Assembly (NCBI GenBank): GCA_050306135.1 | Contig: JBNLGQ010000112.1 | Location: 67,794-131,793 of the forward strand | Reading direction: 5' to 3' | Length of the DNA stretch: 64,000 nucleotides | Source of the DNA: Gammaproteobacteria bacterium | GTDB lineage: Bacteria; Pseudomonadota; Gammaproteobacteria; GCA-001735895 | Part shown: positions 36,583 through 46,769 of the stretch, piece by piece | How positions within the stretch are numbered: the stretch's first letter is position 1 | Layout: each line of letters begins with the position of its first letter | Translations under genes and position numbers: made by a program | The notes under the pieces: generated by a model | What the model was told of the DNA's origin: nothing | Seen by the model: the letters and a program-made list of their open reading frames with translations, nothing else | Databases searched by the model: none

Positions 36583-38107
36583 TTACCACCAGTCTATCAC
36601 GGCCTGAATTCTTTGCCTGATAGAGTGCCTTATCAGCACGTTCGTAGAGTGATTCGGTCGTATCGTTTTCGCGCATGCAGCTAAGCCCGGCAGAAAGGCT
36701 GATATTGACTTTCTGCTGCTTGAAATGAAAATTGGTTTCTCCCACTGATTTACGAATCTTTTCTACCAGTGGTGCTGCACCCTGTAGAGATGTTTTAGGC
36801 AGAATCAATACGAATTCTTCGCCACCAATACGAAACAGAAAATCAGTTTTGCGGATATTCCTCGACATCATCTGAGCGACAATCTGTAATGCCTTATCAC
36901 CGGCATTATGCCCGTATTCATCGTTGATACGTTTGAAGTGGTCGATATCCAGCAGCGCATAGCTAAAGGTCTCATGATATCGCGCATATCGTGAAAACTC
37001 CTGTTCGAGTATTTCGTCGTAAGAAAGTCGATTGCGTACCCCGGTAAGTGTATCGAACATCAGCTTTTTGCGGTTTTCGCTGAGCTTCTTTTTAAGCTGA
37101 TTGGACTCCTGTTCCATAAATTGTATCTGTTGCTGTAACTTCTGGTTACGCGATTCAGCTTTTTCGTAACGCTGTGTATCATGCACAACAAATTCCGTCA
37201 GGCCAGTTTTGATAGATAACAGACTATCGCTGATAGCAGACTTCAGTTGATTGATATCCGTTTCCGATTGCACTGTTTGCTGGATGTTTTGTACGCTTTT
37301 ATCCATAACTTCCTGTAATTTCTGTGTTTCTTTACGGCCTTCCAGCGTATCCTCGCGGTCGTCGTTGAGCGCACTGGATATTTCGCCAAGCTGACGTGTC
37401 ACATCAACGATCAGACCCTCTAACTCGACCTTCTCATTGCTGATTCCATGAAAAATGACACGGATTTCCCTGATAATTTGATCTAGATAATCACGCCAGT
37501 TGTCATTCTTACCGACATTTTCAAGCTTATCGGTCAGCGCATCCAGCTCTGCTGTATTACCGAAAGTGAAGGTGATTTTTTCAATCATGCAGATCAAAAC
37601 CTGAAAGCTCTCACCCTTATCTTCACTGTTAGAAGCATCAATTTTCAAAAGTTTGTTAATCAGTAATGCAAGTTCGGACAGGCAGTTTTCGGGTGAAGTA
37701 CCAGGTAGCTTATTACGCAGTTGATCAACTTGAAGTTGCTGTTCCTGATTTACCTGTAGTTGATCGATGAGGGCAAGTGTAAACGAACTTTCATCCACAC
37801 CATGACTGATATCTGTATCGATTTCGGGCAGTTCTGTCTTGCTTGATGGCTTTTCATCGATGCGTAAAAGCGTCTGTGCCAGATTTTCCAGATCATCCTG
37901 CAGCTCCAGGTCTTTTTTATTGCGCGTATGCTTCTGGATATCATTCAGGATTCTATCAAGTTGAGGATCAATGCCCTTGGCAGTGATAGTTACTCTGGAA
38001 ATGGTTTTACGCAGCATATCCTCGAGCTTGCCCCAGGATTTCTCCATCTCTTCGAGCTCTTTGAGGCTGGTAAAATATTTTGATTTCCAGTCCTTATCGT
38101 CTGACAC
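36569..38107 (-). CDS. diguanylate cyclase (GGDEF) with long N-terminal coiled-coil region
   Basis: C-terminal GGDEF domain with RxGGEEF, preceded by about 330 aa of heptad-rich sequence. No TM. Confidence 0.8.
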   Translation of the reverse strand: MSDDKDWKSKYFTSLKELEEMEKSWGKLEDMLRKTISRVTITAKGIDPQLDRILNDIQKHTRNKKDLELQDDLENLAQTLLRIDEKPSSKTELPEIDTDISHGVDESSFTLALIDQLQVNQEQQLQVDQLRNKLPGTSPENCLSELALLINKLLKIDASNSEDKGESFQVLICMIEKITFTFGNTAELDALTDKLENVGKNDNWRDYLDQIIREIRVIFHGISNEKVELEGLIVDVTRQLGEISSALNDDREDTLEGRKETQKLQEVMDKSVQNIQQTVQSETDINQLKSAISDSLLSIKTGLTEFVVHDTQRYEKAESRNQKLQQQIQFMEQESNQLKKKLSENRKKLMFDTLTGVRNRLSYDEILEQEFSRYARYHETFSYALLDIDHFKRINDEYGHNAGDKALQIVAQMMSRNIRKTDFLFRIGGEEFVLILPKTSLQGAAPLVEKIRKSVGETNFHFKQQKVNISLSAGLSCMRENDTTESLYERADKALYQAKNSGRDRLVVTTPE

Positions 38108-38201
38108 CAGGTTACCTGCTTATAGTTTTATTGAGGGAAAGAGTAAATGTATTAGTATTGTAGAATTTATACTACAGGTTTCCACTTAAAGCGGAGATAT
38201 T

Positions 38202-39089
38202 TTGCAAACTCTTTCACCCAAATTGCTGATCGTTGGCAATTGCATTCTGGACCAGATCTGGGAAATAGACAGGTTTCCAGATGAAGATGCTGAATTTCGC
38301 GCTCAGTCACGTTTGCAGCAACTGGGCGGTAACGCCAGTAATACGGCCAGTGTCCTTGGCAAACTTGGCCATGAAGTAGAGCTGATAAGCCTGATGGCAG
38401 ATGACACAAATGCCAGCTGGTTACGTCAACAGCTGGAAAATAAAGCGGTCCAGACATCTCTATGTCCTACTGTAAAAAACAGTATTACACCTGTTTCCAA
38501 TATCTGGCTAAACACCAGTAACGGTAGCAGAACCATCTGTCACTATCGTGATCTGCCAGAACTTTCTTTGCAACAACTTAAACAGATACAACCCGATAGC
38601 TATAAGTGGATACATTTTGAGGGTAGAAATATCCCGGTATTACTTGAGTATTTACCGCTGTTACACAATCTGCATGCTGTGCCTATTTCACTGGAGATTG
38701 AAAAACCACGCGCTGACATCGAAAAGCTGTTGCCTTATGTGAGTGTAGTCATCGTTTCCAACGACTATCTAAAACAACAGCACAACAGTGCTCATGCCTG
38801 CATAAAGCAATTTGCTGAGATTAATCCGCAGCTGAAAATAGTCTGTACACAGGGATCCAAAGGCCTGATCGCGGCTGATGAACAGAAAGAAATTATTGAA
38901 TTAAAAGCTGAAGCCGTTGTTAAAGTTGTCGATAGCATTGGTGCAGGTGACTGCTTTATTGCCGGATTAATCAGCCGATTGAGCCAGCGACAGTCGTTTA
39001 AGCAGGCGTTAATATTTGCCAATAAACTGGCAGCGATTAAAGTGCAACATCATGGCATGAATTTCAATACGGAATGTTTCAATGAATGA
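38202..39089 (+). CDS. PfkB-family carbohydrate kinase (ribokinase/ketohexokinase-like)
   Basis: 295 aa. N-terminal GNCILD, and the C-terminal GAGDCFIAG anion-hole motif. Confidence 0.7.
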   Translation: MQTLSPKLLIVGNCILDQIWEIDRFPDEDAEFRAQSRLQQLGGNASNTASVLGKLGHEVELISLMADDTNASWLRQQLENKAVQTSLCPTVKNSITPVSNIWLNTSNGSRTICHYRDLPELSLQQLKQIQPDSYKWIHFEGRNIPVLLEYLPLLHNLHAVPISLEIEKPRADIEKLLPYVSVVIVSNDYLKQQHNSAHACIKQFAEINPQLKIVCTQGSKGLIAADEQKEIIELKAEAVVKVVDSIGAGDCFIAGLISRLSQRQSFKQALIFANKLAAIKVQHHGMNFNTECFNE

Positions 39090-39423
39090 AGATTTGTATA
39101 TATGTAAGCTAAGTGAAATCAGCGACCCAGCTAGCCGAGGATTTAGTGTCAAAAAGGGTGACAAAGATATCGAAGGGTTTGTGGTGCATCAGGATGGGCA
39201 GTTTTTTGCTTACCTTAATCAGTGTCCTCATACCGGCGCGCCATTAGACTGGGTAGAGCATCAGTTTCTGGATACTGATTCAGCATTGATACAATGTGCG
39301 GTACATGACGCCCGATTTGACATACGAACCGGGCTTTGTGTATCCGGCCCCTGTGTAGGTGATTCCCTGTATCAGCTTGAGGTAGAAATCCGTAACGACA
39401 GTCTATATCTTGTGCTGGCTTAA
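39082..39423 (+). CDS. Rieske [2Fe-2S] domain protein
   Basis: CPHTGAPL ... CAVHDARF (CxH...CxxH). Overlaps the pfkB end by 8 nt. Confidence 0.75.
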   Translation: MNEDLYICKLSEISDPASRGFSVKKGDKDIEGFVVHQDGQFFAYLNQCPHTGAPLDWVEHQFLDTDSALIQCAVHDARFDIRTGLCVSGPCVGDSLYQLEVEIRNDSLYLVLA

Positions 39424-39472
39424 GCTTTCCTGGTAGTTACCAATTTTCGGCTATTATAAAAATTAGAACCTT

Positions 39473-39590
39473 CTCACCACAGAGTACACAGAGATCACAG
39501 AGGTTAAAACGTCCATCTTTTAGTTTCAGAAGATTTCTAAAGTATCAAAACATGTTGATAATCAGTTTAAATTCTCCTCTCTGTGGTGAG
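39473..39590. repeat. palindromic CACRGAG nonamer-array repeat, copy 3
   Basis: ctcaccacagag-tacacagag-atcacagagg, a 70 bp loop, then cctctctgtggtgag. Lies between the convergent Rieske and qor genes. Confidence 0.75.
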
Positions 39591-39642
39591 TGCATTTTTA
39601 CATGCGGTAAATTAAATGAGTATCAGAAGTATTGAGGTAAAC

Positions 39643-40617
39643 TTAAACTGTCAAAACCGTACAGCCACTGGTTTGTCTTCCTTCCAGTGCACGATGTGCA
39701 GCAGCACAATCAGACAGGGCAAAGGTTTGATTCACATGAATCTTGACCTCACCACTGGCAACCACGCTCATCAAACGATTGGCGCCTTCCAGAAATAATT
39801 CCTTGGTCGCTATATGTGTTGCCAGGGTAGGACGTGTGACATACAGCGAACCCCTGGGAGCCAGAATGCCAGGATTAAAGGCTTCTACCGGACCGCTTGC
39901 ATTACCATAGGTCGCCAGAACACCAAAAGGCCGCAGGGAATCCAGTGAAGCCTCAAAAGTCGCCTGGCCTATAGAGTCATAAGCCACCGCAACGCCCTCG
40001 CCATTGGTGATTTCGGCTACACGGCTTGGGATATCTTCATCACGATACATGATAATATGGTCACAGCCATTGGCCCGAGCAAGGTCGGCCTTATCTTTGG
40101 AACCAACGCAGCCGATCACGGTGGCGCCCAGTAATTTCGCCCACTGGCAAAGGATTAATCCAACCCCGCCTGCGGCAGCGTACATCAGGATGGTATCACC
40201 CGGTTTAACGGGATAGGTTCTGAACAATAGATAATGTGCAGTCAGCCCTTTCAGCATCATGGCTGCAGCAGTCTGATCGTCAATATTTTCTGGAACCTTG
40301 CATAGCTTTTCCGCATCAATTAGACGTTCTTCGGCGTAAGCACCGAGGCACATTGGATAGGCCACTCTATCGCCAACTTTAAATGAATTTACGCCGTCAC
40401 CGAGCTCAGTAATGATCCCTACTGCTTCCATACCCAGTATGGCGGGCATTTCGCCTACTGAGTAGAGGCCAGTTCTACCGTAAACATCGATGTAGTTAAG
40501 GCCACAGGCTGTTTGTTTGAGTTTTACCTGGCCCGGGGCAGGTTGACCTACTTCGATATCTTCCCATTTTAGGACTTCGGTACCGCCAGTTTTGTGGATT
40601 CGGATGGCTTTAGTCAT
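39643..40617 (-). CDS. qor: NADPH:quinone oxidoreductase (MDR/zeta-crystallin family)
   Basis: 324 aa. GAAGGVG nucleotide-binding motif. N-terminus similar to Qor. Confidence 0.8.
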   Translation of the reverse strand: MTKAIRIHKTGGTEVLKWEDIEVGQPAPGQVKLKQTACGLNYIDVYGRTGLYSVGEMPAILGMEAVGIITELGDGVNSFKVGDRVAYPMCLGAYAEERLIDAEKLCKVPENIDDQTAAAMMLKGLTAHYLLFRTYPVKPGDTILMYAAAGGVGLILCQWAKLLGATVIGCVGSKDKADLARANGCDHIIMYRDEDIPSRVAEITNGEGVAVAYDSIGQATFEASLDSLRPFGVLATYGNASGPVEAFNPGILAPRGSLYVTRPTLATHIATKELFLEGANRLMSVVASGEVKIHVNQTFALSDCAAAHRALEGRQTSGCTVLTV

Positions 40618-40765
40618 GGTGGCTCTCCTCTTTTTGAGGAAGATAATTTAACCTTTTTTTGTTTTGTGTGCTTTGGTTTTTTGAAGAGGGTGTAGCTTAA
40701 ATTTGATAGTGTCATTGTGAAGGTAGTAAAACTACCTTTTAACAATAGCTAATTCCCGGATAATG

Positions 40766-41520
40766 GTTTCACACGCAATGCTTTCCTTACTCCGTAGCCA
40801 ATGACGAGTACGCGTGCTAGTGGCTTTCTTTTGCGCGAAAAGAAAGTCACCAAAGAAAGCGCGCCCCTCAATCCCTTCATCGTCAAAATGGCATCCAGAG
40901 CGCGGTCGGCTCAGACGCGGGTCCAACCGCGCTGAGCCTCAAATGACATCCTTGTCATTTGACCCCACTCTGAATGCCATTTTGCCGCGGGCTTGAAAGG
41001 GGGATATAAAGGAACTTCTTATCTCCGTTAACATAAAAGTATGTCATAACTCTATCTAATCAATAATAAAGAATATCCAAAGAAATGGTTAATAAATGGC
41101 CAATAGCAAATGTATAACACGTTATTTTTTACTGCCAGTTAACCATAGCGCTTTCCCATTGCCCTTATTGAGTGCCGATTGTGAGTCATTTTGTAGGGTC
41201 AGCGCACACGGACGTGCGCTGAGGACAGTCGAGCATGGATGCGAGTCTGGCCGTGGCGTTATTGCCAGGGATGTCATGTATGCAGAAAATGCAGGAGCAA
41301 TTTTCTGTTCAAAATGGCTTAATTTTCGGGAAGCCGCTGGCCACTCAATTGGGATGTCCTTTTTTTCGTCTCTTTTTGTGGACAAGCAAAAGAAAGCCAC
41401 TCGCACGCGTACCCGTCATTGGCTACGGAGTAAGGAAAGCATTGCGTGTGAAACAGTAATCCGGTCAGTTGCTAACCTTTTAAAGATTGCAGCGATAAAG
41501 CTCGCAATGACATTATCGAC
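40766..41520. repeat. composite repeat element E2 with terminal inverted repeats of about 62 bp, no cargo
   Basis: The TIRs at 40766-40827 and 41395-41456 are reverse complements, with 2 mismatches. Internal P and Q blocks are homologous to E1 (ggctttcttttgcgcgaaaagaaagtcaccaaagaaagcgcgcccctcaatccctt, and cccttattgagtgccgattgtgagtcattttg-agggtcagcgcacacggacgt). The flanking R block aatccggt-ag-tg also matches. Confidence 0.75.
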
Positions 41521-41539
41521 TTGCGGCAGTAGCCAACAA

Positions 41540-42247
41540 TCACTCCACCAACTCAATAATTATCCGCCTATTCTGCTTCCCCTTCTTCTCAATCTTCTTA
41601 ACCCTGACCGCCCCAATCTCATTTGAATTCGCAACATGCGTCCCACCACAAGGCTGCAAATCCACTCCCTCAAAATTAACCAGTCTCACCTTACCATGCC
41701 CCATCGGGGGCTTAACACTCATGGTGCGAATCAACTCTGGTTGCGCTTCCATTTCTGCATCACTGATCCATTGCATAGTCATCGGATGATCTGCTGTGGT
41801 GATATCATTCAGGGCCTGCTCAATCGCCAGCTTGTCCGGCGGCTCAGGTAAATCAAAATCCAGCCGTGCAGTGCCGTCATCACGGATGCTGCCGCCAGTC
41901 ACCGGCTCGGGTATCACAGCACATAACATATGCATACAACTATGTAATCGCATAATCTGATAGCGTCGATCCCAGTCTATGCTTAGTGTCAGCTGTTCGC
42001 CTATCTCGGGCAGGTTATCGCCTTCAACCTGATGTAATATCTCAGCACTTTCTCTATCCTTGATGGTATTGATGATTTTTATTTCCGAGTGATCAGGACG
42101 CAGCATAATTCCACTGTCTCCTGGCTGTCCACCGCCTACTGGGTAGAATACGGTTTGGTCAACGATAATATGGCCATCCTGAATGCCAGTTACCTTTGAT
42201 GTACATTGTTTGAGATAACCATCTTCTCGAAATAATTCTAGAGTCAT
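41540..42247 (-). CDS. AlaX-like alanyl-tRNA editing protein (tRNA synthetase second additional domain, SAD)
   Basis: 235 aa. HSCMHMLC...CGGTH zinc-binding editing-domain motifs (HxxxH...CxxxH). Confidence 0.7.
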   Translation of the reverse strand: MTLELFREDGYLKQCTSKVTGIQDGHIIVDQTVFYPVGGGQPGDSGIMLRPDHSEIKIINTIKDRESAEILHQVEGDNLPEIGEQLTLSIDWDRRYQIMRLHSCMHMLCAVIPEPVTGGSIRDDGTARLDFDLPEPPDKLAIEQALNDITTADHPMTMQWISDAEMEAQPELIRTMSVKPPMGHGKVRLVNFEGVDLQPCGGTHVANSNEIGAVRVKKIEKKGKQNRRIIIELVE

Positions 42248-42302
42248 TGTTTTATCCTTAGCTTAAATAATATTTACTTTAAAACAGTATGGCAGAAACA
42301 AC

Positions 42303-42332
42303 AACGGCCCTGAAAAGGGCCGTTAGTTTTTT
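42303..42332. terminator. GC hairpin (aacggccc-tgaaaa-gggccgtt) flanked by an A-run and a T-run; terminator of the phaC-phaB operon
   Basis: Lies 13 nt past the phaB stop. The flanking A6 and T6 tracts make it bidirectional in form. Confidence 0.5.
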
Positions 42333-42344
42333 AGGTCTAAAGCT

Positions 42345-43067
42345 TTAGTACATCTGCTGACCGCCGTTAACGTCCAGTGTGGAACCAGTGATAAAACCCG
42401 CTTCATCGGCTATTAGAAACATGACGCTACGCGCAATATCTTCCGGGTCGCCCAGACGTCCTACCGGTATACGCTGGATGATTTTTTCCAGTACCTTTTC
42501 CGGAACCGCTCGCACCATATCTGTCAGTACATAACCAGGAGCAACTGCATTAACCGTAATGCCTTTAGCTGCACCTTCAAGTGCTAATGCTTTGGTGAAT
42601 CCGTGGATGCCAGATTTGGCTGCTGCATAGTTCACCTGTCCATACTGTCCTGCACGACCATTGATGGAACCGATATTGACGATGCGCCCGAATTCACGTT
42701 CGCGCATTCCATCGATTACCGCACGACACATATTAAAGCAGGATGCCAGATTGGTCTGAATGACTTCATTCCATTGCTCGAAAGTCATTCTATGCATGGT
42801 GGTATCTCTGGTAATACCTGCATTGTTAACCAGTACTTCAACCGGACCGAGATCAGCTTCAATGGTTTCTATACCTTTTTGACAGGCTTCGAAATCTGCG
42901 ACATCAAATTTATAAGCCGGTATTTTGGTAACTTCGGTAAAAGCTTTAGCAGAGGCTTCATTACCTGCATAGGTTGCCGCTACATTGTATCCTGCTTTTT
43001 TTAACGCCAGGCAAATTGCTTCACCTATGCCACGTGTACCACCTGTAACAACTGCAACTCTTCCCAT
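42345..43067 (-). CDS. phaB: acetoacetyl-CoA reductase PhaB
   Basis: 240 aa SDR. VTGGTRGIGEAIC and NYAAAKSGIHGFT. Confidence 0.8.
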   Translation of the reverse strand: MGRVAVVTGGTRGIGEAICLALKKAGYNVAATYAGNEASAKAFTEVTKIPAYKFDVADFEACQKGIETIEADLGPVEVLVNNAGITRDTTMHRMTFEQWNEVIQTNLASCFNMCRAVIDGMREREFGRIVNIGSINGRAGQYGQVNYAAAKSGIHGFTKALALEGAAKGITVNAVAPGYVLTDMVRAVPEKVLEKIIQRIPVGRLGDPEDIARSVMFLIADEAGFITGSTLDVNGGQQMY

Positions 43068-43083
43068 TTCACTCCCCTCATAG

Positions 43084-44877
43084 TTATATATTCACGATTT
43101 TAGTTTTTACATATCGGCCGGGGGCATCTTCGATAACTTTGAGCTGATGATCCCCGGGTTGCCTTGCATCAATTTGTTCACCGCTATATTTGCTTACCCA
43201 TTTATCCCATGCAGGCCACCATGACCCCTCATTCTGTTTGGCCTTATCTGCCCATGCCTGTGCATCTTTAGGTAACTTAGCTGTGGTCATTTTGTAACCG
43301 TATTTGTTAGCTGCAGGAGGATTCACGATTCCTGCAATATGGCCAGATCCACCCAGGATAAATTTTACCGGTCCAGAGAAATTTTGGGCCCCCATCCAGG
43401 TCGATTTCCATGGAGCTATATGATCCTCTACGGTAGAGATAAAAAGTGCCGGAGTTTTGATTTTTGTTAAATCAATAGGCGTGCCATCTATTTCCAGTGT
43501 TCCAGGTTTAACCAGATTATTGTGCAGATATAGATTTCGTAAATACCATTTATGCATAGCTGCTGGCATACGTGTGGAATCTGAATTCCAGTACAACAGG
43601 TCAAATGCACGAGGGTCATTTCCCATTAGATAATTGTTGATATAAAAAGACCAGATTAAATCGTTTGAGCGCAGCAGATTAAAGGTGCCAGACATCTTGC
43701 CACCATCCAGATATCCTTCCTGATCCATTTTCTCTTCCAGTGAAGCTAACTGCTGTTCATCAATGAACATACCCAACTCACCCGGTTCAGAAAAATCGAT
43801 CATGCTAGTAAAGAAGGTTGCACTTTTAATACGATTGTCATCGTGTGCAGCCATATAGGCAAGGGTGGTCGCTAATAATGTTCCACCGATGCAATAACCG
43901 ATGGCATTGATGTCTTTTTCTCCAGTGGCCTGTTCGATCTGATCGATGGCGGTGAGTACACCTTCCTTCATGTATTCAGTGAAGCCAACCTCTTTGTAAC
44001 TTTCGTCAGGATTCACCCATGAGATGACAAATACCGAATGGCCCTGTTCAACCAGCCAGTGAATCAGTGAATTTTTTTCCTGTAGATCGAGAATATAAAA
44101 TTTATTGATCCAGGGTGGCACTATCAGCAATGGTGTCTTATTTACCTTTTCGGTAGTGGGTGTGTACTGAATCAGCTGAAACATGCGATTTTCATAAACC
44201 ACCTTGCCTGGGGTGGTAGCCACATTTTTGCCCAGTTCAAAAGCACTGTAATCGGTCATGCTGATCTGCAGCTTGCCTTCTCCACGCTCCAGATCATCGA
44301 TCATATTTTTCATCCCATGCAGCAGACTCATGCCGCGCGTTTCTATGACTTTTTCAAGTACCGCTGGATTAGTCGTAGCAAAGTTAGTGGGGGATAAGGC
44401 ATTCAGAAAAAGGTGGGTAAAAAACTCTGCCCTTTGTGCAGTTTTTTCATCCAGGCCTTCTGTCTCTTTGACCAGTCGAAGCATATGCTGAGATAACAGA
44501 AGATAAGATTGCTTAATCATATTGAAAGAGGGTTGATCCCAGCCTTCATGTCTAAATCGTCGATCTGTTTTATCTGCTTCTACGGTAGTCGGCAGAGGTT
44601 GTTGTGTCATTATAGCCTGTAGAGAATTCTGGTATAATTCCAGACTTTGTTTCCAGAAATCAATATTAGCTGTTAAAACTTTTTGCGGGTTTTCATTCAT
44701 ATGCGCAAAAAGATCCGTATAAACATCACCCATCTTTAGCGGGTCAAAGTCCGGTTTGTCCTGTTGTGTAGTAAAAGCTTTTAACAGTTTTTCAGCCTGT
44801 TTGTAACTGGCTTCGATTCCCTGAGAAATAGATGTGAAACCTAAGGCATCCTGAAACGTTGATTGTTGATCGGACAT
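43084..44877 (-). CDS. phaC: class I poly(R)-hydroxyalkanoate synthase PhaC
   Basis: 597 aa. Lipase box GYCIGG with catalytic Cys. Conserved Asp and His downstream. Confidence 0.9.
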   Translation of the reverse strand: MSDQQSTFQDALGFTSISQGIEASYKQAEKLLKAFTTQQDKPDFDPLKMGDVYTDLFAHMNENPQKVLTANIDFWKQSLELYQNSLQAIMTQQPLPTTVEADKTDRRFRHEGWDQPSFNMIKQSYLLLSQHMLRLVKETEGLDEKTAQRAEFFTHLFLNALSPTNFATTNPAVLEKVIETRGMSLLHGMKNMIDDLERGEGKLQISMTDYSAFELGKNVATTPGKVVYENRMFQLIQYTPTTEKVNKTPLLIVPPWINKFYILDLQEKNSLIHWLVEQGHSVFVISWVNPDESYKEVGFTEYMKEGVLTAIDQIEQATGEKDINAIGYCIGGTLLATTLAYMAAHDDNRIKSATFFTSMIDFSEPGELGMFIDEQQLASLEEKMDQEGYLDGGKMSGTFNLLRSNDLIWSFYINNYLMGNDPRAFDLLYWNSDSTRMPAAMHKWYLRNLYLHNNLVKPGTLEIDGTPIDLTKIKTPALFISTVEDHIAPWKSTWMGAQNFSGPVKFILGGSGHIAGIVNPPAANKYGYKMTTAKLPKDAQAWADKAKQNEGSWWPAWDKWVSKYSGEQIDARQPGDHQLKVIEDAPGRYVKTKIVNI

Positions 44878-44976
44878 ACAGTTCTCTTATTTGTTTAAAG
44901 CGGATCAGCCATCCTATAACACTTTAGCTATTTCAGCATTGTTAATTTTAATAGTTTTTATACTGCTAATCGATGA

Positions 44977-45618
44977 TTAAAATAAAATGATATGGCGTAG
45001 CATCGATTGACTCAGCCCCATAATATTTTGAAAAATAGGAACGCCCAGCAGCGATAATCCAATGATAGATAATAATACCCACTGACCATAGCGGTCATTG
45101 TAGTAAAAGTAAAATCGAGCCATTTTCTTTGGCAGCAAAAAGGGCAGGATATAATGTCCATCTAGCGGCCCGATAGGAATCAGATTAAACAACATCAATA
45201 ACATGTTGATACTAGCCAGATAAACAAAAAAGATATTGGCCGCCTGACCTTCGAAAAGGGGGACACCTAGCTGGAGACCTAGTCCATATAAATTTACCGC
45301 CATAAAAGCCACCAGCAAGTTCATCATGGGCCCTGCTGCTGCGACAAAAAAGATTCCCCATCGCGTACTGTAGTTACGCGGATTTGTCGGTACCGGTTTG
45401 GCAAATCCGAAACCGATCATGATGACCATCAATAAACCCATCGGGTCAATATGTGCAATTGGATTCAGGGTTAACCTACCCTGCATTTCTGCTGTGCGAT
45501 CACCAAAGTATTTCGCCACGATGCCATGACCATACTCGTGGAAGGTTAAGGAAAATATCAGACAGAACAGGATAAGGGTGAAAAGCATTACATGCCCTTC
45601 CAGTAAAAGCTCAATCAT
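44977..45618 (-). CDS. site-2 protease family (M50) membrane metalloprotease
   Basis: HEYGHGIVAKYFGD within a TM helix. Additional TM segments. 213 aa. Confidence 0.75.
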   Translation of the reverse strand: MIELLLEGHVMLFTLILFCLIFSLTFHEYGHGIVAKYFGDRTAEMQGRLTLNPIAHIDPMGLLMVIMIGFGFAKPVPTNPRNYSTRWGIFFVAAAGPMMNLLVAFMAVNLYGLGLQLGVPLFEGQAANIFFVYLASINMLLMLFNLIPIGPLDGHYILPFLLPKKMARFYFYYNDRYGQWVLLSIIGLSLLGVPIFQNIMGLSQSMLRHIILF

Positions 45619-45739
45619 TAAGGTTTACACCGGTCATTATTGCAGTTTTAGATTATGAGTTAGCTTGCAAGGTATCACAATCAACCTTTTCAGCCATAAT
45701 TTGCGTTCATTTGTTATGACAAATACTAACCCAAAAAGG

Positions 45740-46681
45740 TCATACTGATTGAAGACAAAAGCTATTGTAGGCTAAGGATAGATTGCGACTAAACAATTGC
45801 ATTAAATCGAAGTTACTGCTGGATATGTATTCAATTTCTGAAAAATAGATTAAACCATAATAACCCTGCATATTCGCCGAGAGAAAAACTGCTTTGCCAT
45901 TTTCGATGATGGTTGCCCTTTTAATAATCGCCTTCTTGATGATATGCATATCTTCTAGGTCGAGTACACTATCAATACGATGCCCAGCTGAATCAGTAAA
46001 TCGCCCATTTCCAGATAAAATCCATGGAAAACAGTCAGTCTCGTCTTTGTTACAGGCGGCAAGCAGGAAAGATTGTTTAGTTTTATCACTCAATTGCCCT
46101 GTATCTATTCCCAGTACCTTAGCAATTTGAATGCTTATGTCCGAGATAAACTCTTCCACCTGAGTGTGTTCAAACAGATTAGACGTTGAATCTATAACTC
46201 TTCGCAACACGGAGCGTTGCTTATCCAGATTGATTAAATCACGATACATACGCAACGATGTATACATAGTGGTTTTCAACTTCTGGATGGTTAGTTCGTT
46301 TTTGGACTTGTAATCGTTGATGTCATAGTCGCGGACTATGTTTTCTTCTGGTGCCGCATCTGGCAGACCGGTGCGGATTATAAGACGTACAAATGGATTT
46401 TTGAGTTCTTCGCGGATATAACGCGCTGCCTGCAGACCCGCATCGTCAGTTTCCATCACCACATCCAGCAGTGCAACCGCCATATCCGGGTTTTGCCTGA
46501 GCATTTCTCCTGCCTCGACACCACTATAGGCATGATAAAAGCTGATGGGTTTATTGTTGAAGAGGAAGCGTTTTAACGCCAGGGTTGTCACATCGTGAAT
46601 AAGTTGTTCATCATCTGCGATCAAAACCTTCCAACTATCCAGAGCATAAGCAGCTGGTGTTAGATCAGTCATATACGACAT
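45740..46681 (-). CDS. response regulator receiver fused to a DUF3369-like output domain
   Basis: REC domain (LIADDE ... LLDVVM ... K) followed by about 180 aa of uncharacterised domain. Immediately downstream of the HDOD gene. Confidence 0.6.
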   Translation of the reverse strand: MSYMTDLTPAAYALDSWKVLIADDEQLIHDVTTLALKRFLFNNKPISFYHAYSGVEAGEMLRQNPDMAVALLDVVMETDDAGLQAARYIREELKNPFVRLIIRTGLPDAAPEENIVRDYDINDYKSKNELTIQKLKTTMYTSLRMYRDLINLDKQRSVLRRVIDSTSNLFEHTQVEEFISDISIQIAKVLGIDTGQLSDKTKQSFLLAACNKDETDCFPWILSGNGRFTDSAGHRIDSVLDLEDMHIIKKAIIKRATIIENGKAVFLSANMQGYYGLIYFSEIEYISSSNFDLMQLFSRNLSLAYNSFCLQSV

Positions 46682-46769
46682 ATAAATTCACATACCCTTA
46701 ACTATTTCTGCGTTGGTACTTATAGCTTACAAATCAAGTTTATTTTAGCAATCAGTATTTTCACGCCAG

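Noticed and set aside
41096-41626. 176-aa ORF and neighbouring 60-94 aa ORFs spanning repeat element E2
   Set aside because: They run through sequence that is non-coding in the homologous element E1, have no RBS, and overlap the conserved structured blocks. They are repeat-derived spurious ORFs.
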